Assembly (NCBI GenBank): GCA_001793945.1
Contig: MGIW01000004.1
Location: 26,843 to 90,842, forward strand
Length of the DNA stretch: 64,000 bases
Origin: Candidatus Wolfebacteria bacterium RIFOXYD12_FULL_48_21
GTDB taxonomy: Bacteria; Patescibacteriota; Minisyncoccia; UBA6257; UBA9933
Direction: 5' to 3'
Shown here: one piece after another, positions 57,085 through 64,000 of the stretch
Layout: every line of letters begins with the position of its first letter
Position numbering within the stretch: position 1 is the first letter of the stretch
Notes under the pieces: model-generated
What the model saw: only the letters and a program-made list of their open reading frames with translations
What the model was told of the DNA's origin: nothing
The model's database searches: none
Program-made: the position numbers and the translations under genes

Positions 57085-58158
57085 ATGAAGATTATAGCGC
57101 ACATGGACATGGACGCGTTCTTTGCCTCCATAGAAGAACGGGATAAGCCGTGGCTTCATGGATTGCCAATCGTCATCGGCTCCGACCCGCAGGACGGCAA
57201 AGGAAGGGGAGTGGTCTCGACCGCGAATTACAAGGCGCGCGAATACGGCATCCGATCGGCATTGCCCATATCGACCGCATGGCGCCTGTCCGAAGCGGCC
57301 AAAAAGCAAGGCAAGCCAGGCGCGACATTTATTACGCCAAATATGGAAAAATATGCCGGTGCATCGGAACGGATCATGGCAATAGTGCGTAGGCACGCCG
57401 ACCACATAGAACAAGCAAGTGTCGACGAAGCATACATTGATCTTACACACGCAGGCGGATACGAACAGGCCGAAAAAATCTGCCGCGCAATTAAAAAAGA
57501 AATAATACAAAAGGAATCCCTTACGGCGTCAATCGGCATCGGCCCGAACAAACTCGTAGCAAAGATAGCCTCCGACTTTAACAAGCCGGACGGACTTACC
57601 GTAGTGCGTGAAACGGATGCGGAATCCTTTTTGGAAAAAAATAAACTACGCAAGATCCCGGGCATTGGACCGAAAACCGAGCAAATACTTGCGGCGCATG
57701 GTATCACGACCATCGCGGAACTGAAAAGATACACGCAGCAAGACCTGCACAAGCTGCTCGGAAAGTACGGGCTTGATCTGTATGAAAAGGCGCGCGGACG
57801 GGACGACACGGAACTGGTAGAGGAGTGGACGGCAAAATCGATCAGCGAACAGGAAACATTGCAACAGGACACATTGGCAGGCGATGTTATCATCGCATTG
57901 CTAAAAAAGCTGGCAAAGCAAGTACATGGCCGATTTGAGACAGAGGGCTTCACAGCTTTTAAAACGGTTAGCATCACCGTACGCTTCGAGGGCTTCGAGA
58001 CAAAGACCCGAGCAAAGACATTGCCCGCTCCAACGGCCGACATTGCCGTATTTGAATTTGAAGCGCTTAAATTATTGTTGCCATTTCTTGATCAACGGGA
58101 AAATCCGCATCGCAAGGCAATACGCCTTATCGGCGTAAAGATGGAAAAATTACAGTAA
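57085..58158 (+). CDS. dinB: DNA polymerase IV
   Basis: HMDMDAFFASIE, STANYKAREYGI, SVDEAYID, NKLVAKIASD..KPDG, IPGIG. Confidence 0.95.
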   Translation: MKIIAHMDMDAFFASIEERDKPWLHGLPIVIGSDPQDGKGRGVVSTANYKAREYGIRSALPISTAWRLSEAAKKQGKPGATFITPNMEKYAGASERIMAIVRRHADHIEQASVDEAYIDLTHAGGYEQAEKICRAIKKEIIQKESLTASIGIGPNKLVAKIASDFNKPDGLTVVRETDAESFLEKNKLRKIPGIGPKTEQILAAHGITTIAELKRYTQQDLHKLLGKYGLDLYEKARGRDDTELVEEWTAKSISEQETLQQDTLAGDVIIALLKKLAKQVHGRFETEGFTAFKTVSITVRFEGFETKTRAKTLPAPTADIAVFEFEALKLLLPFLDQRENPHRKAIRLIGVKMEKLQ

Positions 58159-58187
58159 CAATCAATTTTGAGGTATAATAGACCCAT

Positions 58188-59429
58188 ATGGATCAGGTGC
58201 ACGGTGTTCTTATCCCGATAGCAACGGAAAGGCCGGGAGAAAAACCGGAAGTGAGCAGAAACATCATCGTCATGGGAGTCGTGAGTTTTTTTACCGATGT
58301 TGCATCGGAAATGATATACCCGCTCCTGCCTATTTTTTTAACCGCAACGCTTGGAGCACCCATGACGGTTGTAGGGCTTATGGAAGGCCTTGCCGCCTCT
58401 GCACTCAATGCATTGAAAGTGGTGTCCGGCTGGCTATCAGACCGATACCAGAAAAGAAAGGTGATTGTCTTAGTTGGCTACTCAATATCCGCGCTGGCAA
58501 AATTGGTGATTGCGATGTCGACCGGCTATCAAACGGCCATGTTCGGAAAATTTCTTGATCGCACCGGAAAGGGGACGCGAACCTCTCCGCGCGATGCGCT
58601 TATTGCGGATAGTACCGACGAACACATGCGCGGTCGGGCATTCGGCCTGCATCGGGCGATCGACAATGCGGGCGCCATATTGGGTCCGCTGCTCGCGATC
58701 TACTTGCTGTTCTCGCTGCACATCGACATGCGTGCGATTTTCTATATTGCATTCATTCCCGCGCTGATAGGAGTAGTATGTCTTGCCCTGTTTGTACAAG
58801 ATATTCGCGCAAAGCCGGCAAGTCAGAAAGTGTTTCATTTTAAATTCGCCGACCTAAGTCCCTCGTTTAAGGTTTTTTTGACGATCAGTATCATATTCGC
58901 ATTGGGAAATAGCGCCGATGCGTTTATGATATTGAAAGCACGGGACATGGGCATGTCGATCGAATTTATTCTGTTGCTTTACGCCATGCTCAACCTTACG
59001 CATTCCGCTGTATCATTTCCCGCAGGGATCATCGCGGACAAAATAGGTCCAAAAAAGGTTCTCTTGGTAGGCTTCCTGATATTCGCGTTGGCATATCTTC
59101 TCTTTGGAACGGTCACTGCGCTGTTTTCCCTTTGGTTGCTATTCCCGCTGTTTGGAATATATCGGGGCCTGACCGAAGGAGTTGCGGTCGCATATGTATC
59201 CAATATGGTAAAAGACGAACATACGGCGACGGCAATAGGCTTTTATCAAACAATGACTGGCTTTGCCGTACTGCTTGCCTCGTTGATTGCAGGCATTCTC
59301 TGGGAAAGCGTCGGCCCGATGGCACCGTTCCTGTTCGGCGGAACGATGGCGATCATCGCATCAATAGTATTCATCGTGCTGGAAAAGAAGATTAACCACA
59401 TTTCACTATTCGCAACTACACAACCATGA
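58188..59429 (+). CDS. MFS transporter
   Basis: SFFTDVASEMIYP, GWLSDR, RTSPRDALIA, GRAFGLHR, about 12 TMs. Confidence 0.93.
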   Translation: MDQVHGVLIPIATERPGEKPEVSRNIIVMGVVSFFTDVASEMIYPLLPIFLTATLGAPMTVVGLMEGLAASALNALKVVSGWLSDRYQKRKVIVLVGYSISALAKLVIAMSTGYQTAMFGKFLDRTGKGTRTSPRDALIADSTDEHMRGRAFGLHRAIDNAGAILGPLLAIYLLFSLHIDMRAIFYIAFIPALIGVVCLALFVQDIRAKPASQKVFHFKFADLSPSFKVFLTISIIFALGNSADAFMILKARDMGMSIEFILLLYAMLNLTHSAVSFPAGIIADKIGPKKVLLVGFLIFALAYLLFGTVTALFSLWLLFPLFGIYRGLTEGVAVAYVSNMVKDEHTATAIGFYQTMTGFAVLLASLIAGILWESVGPMAPFLFGGTMAIIASIVFIVLEKKINHISLFATTQP

Positions 59430-60655
59430 TCAACGACAAACACCATCTCCATCTGTTTGCAAATACGGAAATGAACGCACTCTATATAACGCTCGGGTTT
59501 TTGGCATTTGCCGAGGGCCTTATCAGCGTATTCGTACCGATCTTTTTTTGGAATCTCGGATTTCCAATGTGGAAGATACTGCTGTTCTATTTTCTGCACT
59601 CAGCGTTATTTTTATTGTTCGCGCTCACATTGTTGCCGGTAATCAAAAAATTAAGCGACAAGATGATGATGTTTCTCAGCATCCCGTTTTTAGTATGCTA
59701 CTTTTTCGGTCTTGGCATGATGAAAACGATCCCGATCCTTTTCTTCGTGTTGCCGATTGCAAGCGCCTTGCACGGGCTCCTGTTCAATATCGGCTATCAT
59801 ATCGATTTTTCGAGCATTGCCAACAAGAAAAAAATAGGGGAAGAGGTGGGCGCTCGATTCGTACTCGGCTCCGTCCTCGCGCTTGCCGCGCCGTTTTTCG
59901 GCGGTGTACTGATCGAAGCGGCGGGTTTTCAAAACACATTCTTTATCGGGAGTACGATTTTGATTGCATCGGTCCTGCCATTGTTCTTTTTCCCAAGACG
60001 CAACCCATCGCCAAACTTGACCGTCAGATCAATCATCCCGTTCTTCAAGGAATCGGAATTGCGTCCATTTACTCTATCAGGGATAGGCTACGCCATAGAA
60101 GCAGTATTTGGCAGGGCAATTTGGCCACTGTTCGTATTCCTCATCATCGGCGACATAAAACAGTTCGGCGGCGTCATCTCGATCGGATTGATCGTGACTG
60201 CGCTCGTGACCTATTTGGTAGGCTATTTGTCCGACTACGGCAAGCGGCGCGATGTCATCACATTGACATCTATTGGCAATGCATTGGTTTGGCTCATCCG
60301 CCCGTTCATAGCGCAAGCGACATCGGTAGTTGGTCTGCATATTGGCGGCAATGCGGTAACCTCAGGCCTTATGGTCGCGTGGACAAGCCAATATTACAAG
60401 ATTACCAAAACAGTTCCCGACGCAACGGCATTTATCATCAGCAGGGAGCTGCTCTATAATGCAGCGCGTGTCATGATCATTCCGATTCTTATGCTTATCG
60501 CATACTATCTCCCGACACGATCGTTCTTCTCTGTCGGTTTCGTAGTAGCAGCATGCGCTTCACTTTTATTTCTCGCAGCAAACAAAACGCATACCCATCT
60601 TTTAATAGAGCCGACAAAGCTCACCCACGACCATGATACAAGTACAGTGGCATAA
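59426..60655 (+). CDS. MFS-type membrane transporter
   Basis: About 12 hydrophobic helices, APFFGGVLI, GYLSDYGKR; ATGA overlap. Confidence 0.8.
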   Translation: MINDKHHLHLFANTEMNALYITLGFLAFAEGLISVFVPIFFWNLGFPMWKILLFYFLHSALFLLFALTLLPVIKKLSDKMMMFLSIPFLVCYFFGLGMMKTIPILFFVLPIASALHGLLFNIGYHIDFSSIANKKKIGEEVGARFVLGSVLALAAPFFGGVLIEAAGFQNTFFIGSTILIASVLPLFFFPRRNPSPNLTVRSIIPFFKESELRPFTLSGIGYAIEAVFGRAIWPLFVFLIIGDIKQFGGVISIGLIVTALVTYLVGYLSDYGKRRDVITLTSIGNALVWLIRPFIAQATSVVGLHIGGNAVTSGLMVAWTSQYYKITKTVPDATAFIISRELLYNAARVMIIPILMLIAYYLPTRSFFSVGFVVAACASLLFLAANKTHTHLLIEPTKLTHDHDTSTVA

Positions 60656-63311
60656 CCTTACCACCGAAGAACTATACGATATAACCGGCAGCGGCCCCGG
60701 CGGCCTTTCCGATGTCCGCGCCCGCGAGATAACAAAAACAGCGGGGGAAAACAGCATCCCCGAAGGCAGGCGATACTCCCGCGCCAGGCTGTTTGCGGAA
60801 CAATTCAACAATTCCCTCATACTTATTCTGCTTGGCGCGGCCATCATATCATTTTCACTGAATCACATCATTGATGGCATTTTTATGCTGATCGTATTGC
60901 TCGTCAATGGGATCGTCAGCTTTCTGCAGGAAAACAAAGCAAACACATCGTTGCAAGCATTGCGCAAAATGGCGCAAACGATGGCAAGCGTGCTCCGTGC
61001 GGGTAACCGCAAGGAGCTGAACGCCACGGAACTTGTTCCGGGCGATATTATCATTGTAAAAGCGGGTAACAAGGTTCCAGCCGATGCGCGCATCATCGAA
61101 GCGACGCGATTGACCATCAATGAAGCGGCATTGACCGGAGAATGGTCTCCCATAGAAAAATATCCAGACAAGGTCGCAGCCGATGCCCCGGTATTCGAGC
61201 GGCACAACATGGCATTTATGGGCACGACCGTGGAAACGGGCCGGGCCACATTGTTGGTGGTGGCGATCGGCGCGGAAACCGAGTTCGGGAAAATAGCGGT
61301 ATCGCTACGAGAAGCGGAGCGCAGGCCGACTCCATTGCAAAAAAAGATAGCGCACATGTCGCGCATACTAGGGGCCGTCATCAGTGCGATCATCGTGTTT
61401 ATCATCGTGCTCGGCGTCATGCGCGGAGAACCATTTGCGGACATGCTCATTGCTTCGCTTGCCCTTGCCGCGTCTGCGATACCGGAAGGATTGTTACCGG
61501 CCATTACAATCGTATTGGTCATGGGCATGCAGCGCATCCTTAAGGAAAAAGGCCTAGTGCGCAAGCTCGCCGCCACGGAAACGCTCGGCAGCGTGACCGT
61601 TATTTGCACCGATAAAACGGGAACCCTTACCGAAGGAACTATGCAGGTAAGCCATATTTTGACCGCGACGCACGAACTTCCGATCGACGGCCCCGCGGGT
61701 ATGCGCGAAGTGGCTAAGAACGGAGAAAAAGAAGATTCGCACATGACGGCATTGCGCATCGCGGCAATGGTAAATGAAGCATATATAGAAAACCCGCAGG
61801 ATGAACTGCACAAATGGATCGTTCGCGGGACGCCGACCGAACGGGCACTGTTGCTCGCCGCGATTCAAGCAGGTCTCGACCGCAATGAGCTATGGCAAGG
61901 TCGCTGGATCGAAGACATGGCATTGTTCGATTCGGAAACAAAATACGCGGCGACCCTGTTTGGCACTACGGAAGGCACATTTGAGCTATTGGTAATGGGA
62001 GCGGCGGAGCAGTTGACCGCGCTCTCGAACTCGGTGGACAAAAACGGCGAGCATCAACCGATCGGGGAAAAGGAGCGCGAGCGCGTCATTCGTCACATGG
62101 AAATGACGACATCCACTGGCCTGCGCGTCATCGCCTGCGCAAAGAAAACCTTTAAAACATTCCCGGCATACAAAACGGTAGGGGAATTGGTAAACCACCT
62201 TACATTGGTCGGACTGATCGCCATAAAAGATCCGCTCCGCTCCGATGCACGCCATACGGTCAATATCGCAAAAGGGGCAGGTATTCGCACGGTACTGATG
62301 ACTGGCGACCATCGCTTGACCGCACGCACCATCGCAAAAGAAGTCGGCATCCCCTCGGAAGAAACATGTGTCATGGAGGGGTCGGAAATCGACATCGCTA
62401 CAGATGAAGAGCTTCGCGAGATAGCAAAGGGCGTCTGTTTATATGCGCGTGTTTCACCACATCACAAACTGCGCATCGTACGGGCATTGCAACACAACGG
62501 AGAAGTGGTAGCGATGATCGGCGACGGTGTAAATGATGCCCCCGCGCTACAGGCCTCCGACATCGGCATAGCACTTGGTTCGGGAACGGACGCGGCACGG
62601 GAAGCATCCGATATTGTCTTGTTGGACAATAGCCTCAAGACCGTACTGAAAACGATAGAGGAGGGGAGGATCATGTTCAATAACATTCGTAAGATTTTTA
62701 TGTACTTGATCGCGGACAGCTTCGCAGAACTATTTCTGTTCATCGTAACGATCTCGTTTGCCTTGCCTATTCCGCTTTTACCTACGCAACTGCTCTGGAT
62801 CAATGTTGTGGAAGACGGCCTGCCCAATATCGCGCTCACTACCGAACGGGAAAAGCACGGCATCATGCAAGAGCCGCCACGCAACCCTGCAGAGCCGTTT
62901 TTGAACAATCAAATGAAACTATGGATGGCGTTGATCTTCATCATAATGGGAGCGACTGCGATCACCATATACATGACCTTCATGGCACAGACGGGCAATG
63001 TGGCGTTGGCGCGCACCGCCGTATTTGCATTTTCTTGCATCGACTCGTTACTATTCTCATTTAGTGTTCGTTCGCTCAAAACGGGCATGTTTACCCGGAA
63101 CATCTTCGAAAACAGGTTTGTTACGGGAGCTGCCGCCCTCGGACTATTACTGCTGGGTGCCGCGATTTATGCACCGGGAGTCAAGACGATCGTCCGCACG
63201 GTACCGCTCGAACCGATCCATTGGGCTATCATTGGCGGACTTGGCCTTGTTGAAATTACTCTGATCGAGATCGCAAAATATTTCATATTCATCCGCAAAA
63301 AAGCGCAGTAA
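60633..63311 (+). CDS. Cation-transporting P-type ATPase (P2A/Ca2+-like)
   Basis: LTGE, IPEGL, DKTGTLT, TGDH, GDGVNDAP, QLLWIN. Confidence 0.95.
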   Translation: MIQVQWHNLTTEELYDITGSGPGGLSDVRAREITKTAGENSIPEGRRYSRARLFAEQFNNSLILILLGAAIISFSLNHIIDGIFMLIVLLVNGIVSFLQENKANTSLQALRKMAQTMASVLRAGNRKELNATELVPGDIIIVKAGNKVPADARIIEATRLTINEAALTGEWSPIEKYPDKVAADAPVFERHNMAFMGTTVETGRATLLVVAIGAETEFGKIAVSLREAERRPTPLQKKIAHMSRILGAVISAIIVFIIVLGVMRGEPFADMLIASLALAASAIPEGLLPAITIVLVMGMQRILKEKGLVRKLAATETLGSVTVICTDKTGTLTEGTMQVSHILTATHELPIDGPAGMREVAKNGEKEDSHMTALRIAAMVNEAYIENPQDELHKWIVRGTPTERALLLAAIQAGLDRNELWQGRWIEDMALFDSETKYAATLFGTTEGTFELLVMGAAEQLTALSNSVDKNGEHQPIGEKERERVIRHMEMTTSTGLRVIACAKKTFKTFPAYKTVGELVNHLTLVGLIAIKDPLRSDARHTVNIAKGAGIRTVLMTGDHRLTARTIAKEVGIPSEETCVMEGSEIDIATDEELREIAKGVCLYARVSPHHKLRIVRALQHNGEVVAMIGDGVNDAPALQASDIGIALGSGTDAAREASDIVLLDNSLKTVLKTIEEGRIMFNNIRKIFMYLIADSFAELFLFIVTISFALPIPLLPTQLLWINVVEDGLPNIALTTEREKHGIMQEPPRNPAEPFLNNQMKLWMALIFIIMGATAITIYMTFMAQTGNVALARTAVFAFSCIDSLLFSFSVRSLKTGMFTRNIFENRFVTGAAALGLLLLGAAIYAPGVKTIVRTVPLEPIHWAIIGGLGLVEITLIEIAKYFIFIRKKAQ

Positions 63312-63335
63312 TGTTGTTGCCCCATGCTCGCGCAT

Positions 63336-63488
63336 TGACATTCCCGTCCGCCAGCCCTGCCTGCCGGCAGGCAGGGCTGGCGGAGGAATCCGGTGTGCTG
63401 TCATTCCGTGCCAAGCTTGTCCGCCTACTGGCGGAACACGGAATCTCATATACTTACCACGAGATCCTGAATCGAGTTCAGGATGACA
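63336..63488. repeat. Cluster of TGTC-type palindromic repeats with nested mini-palindromes
   Basis: TCCGCCAG[CCCTGCCTGCCGGCAGGCAGGG]CTGGCGGA; TGTCATTCCGTG..TCCGCCTACTGGCGGA..CACGGAAT; ATCCTGAATCGAGTTCAGGATGACA. Confidence 0.85.
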
Positions 63489-63535
63489 CTGCAGGACATT
63501 TGATTTTTCTCTAATTTCCTCCATACTACTAACCT

Positions 63536-64000
63536 ATGATCGAATTCAAGATCAAAAAACGCTCAACCAAAAGCAAAGCCCGCGTTGGCATACTCAAAAC
63601 CTCTCACGGAACCGTAGAAACGCCCGCGTATGTTTCGGTTGCCACACAAGGCGTTATCAAGACCCTGACCTCGGAAGAGGTCGAGGCGACCGGGGCCCAG
63701 CTCCTGATAGCCAATACCTACCACTTGCACATTCGCCCCGGCGAATCGGTGCTTAAAAAGCACGGCGGTTTGCAAAAGTTCATGAACTGGAAGCGGCCAA
63801 TCATGACCGACTCGGGAGGCTTTCAGGTATTTAGCCTTGGTTTTGGCCGCGACTTTCAAACAGGGAAGATACTGAAAAAAGAAAATGAAAATGTCATCGA
63901 GCTCGGACAACAGCCAAAACTGCTCAAGATCACGCCCGAAGGTGTCATGTTTCGCTCATACCACGATGGCAGCGAGATGTTTCTTGGCCCGAAAGAATCC
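63536..64000 (+). CDS. tgt: tRNA-guanine transglycosylase, 5' part (runs off the window; absent from the ORF track)
   Basis: Own translation: ARVGILKTSHGTVETP, ANTYHL.IRPG, GGLQKFMNW.RPIMTDSGGFQVFSL. Confidence 0.95.
   Translation, partial: MIEFKIKKRSTKSKARVGILKTSHGTVETPAYVSVATQGVIKTLTSEEVEATGAQLLIANTYHLHIRPGESVLKKHGGLQKFMNWKRPIMTDSGGFQVFSLGFGRDFQTGKILKKENENVIELGQQPKLLKITPEGVMFRSYHDGSEMFLGPKES

Noticed and set aside
59548-60459. 303-aa same-strand overlapping ORF inside the MFS gene
   Set aside because: Arg-rich shadow frame typical of hydrophobic-codon genes; no motif or start signal.
15305-63488. CRISPR array or integron attC cassettes from the recurring palindromes
   Set aside because: Copies are dispersed, vary in length, have no regular spacers, and no cas or integrase gene is present.
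63311-63514. 67-aa ORF after the P-type ATPase (also 15337-15636 and 7705-7929)
   Set aside because: Composed largely of palindromic repeat sequence with no protein-like features.

Overview
Gene-dense, mostly + strand bacterial chromosome segment using the standard code (TGA acts as a stop in many genes). It carries about 55 CDS. I found no rRNA, tRNA, CRISPR array, transposase or reverse transcriptase. Several traits suggest a Patescibacteria/CPR (Parcubacteria-like) genome, though this is inference: stand-alone receiver proteins, a YAGRLDP-type TruB, an ObgE without its C-terminal extension, cohesin/dockerin surface proteins, and near-absence of Shine-Dalgarno sites. Housekeeping and stress genes include msrA, msrB, RNase H, a DEAD-box helicase, queH, ABC-F, truB, proB, prs, dus, obgE, a UvrD-nuclease fusion, typA, cyclophilin, ybaB, PhoH, dinB, a P-type ATPase and tgt. 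The most notable items are: (1) an unannotated ~315-nt transcript at 34.4-34.8 kb with two very strong SD sites driving Cys-containing micro-ORFs whose UGA codons are followed by SECIS-like hairpins; (2) a 2136-aa Ig-repeat adhesin with a C-terminal dockerin next to a membrane-anchored cohesin protein and a receiver protein; (3) a multistable ~275-nt leader ahead of the DEAD-box helicase; (4) pervasive leaderless gene starts, with a small SD-led class of genes; (5) nested three-level palindromic repeats and two MITE-like elements. All family calls come from motif recognition by eye, not from database searches.
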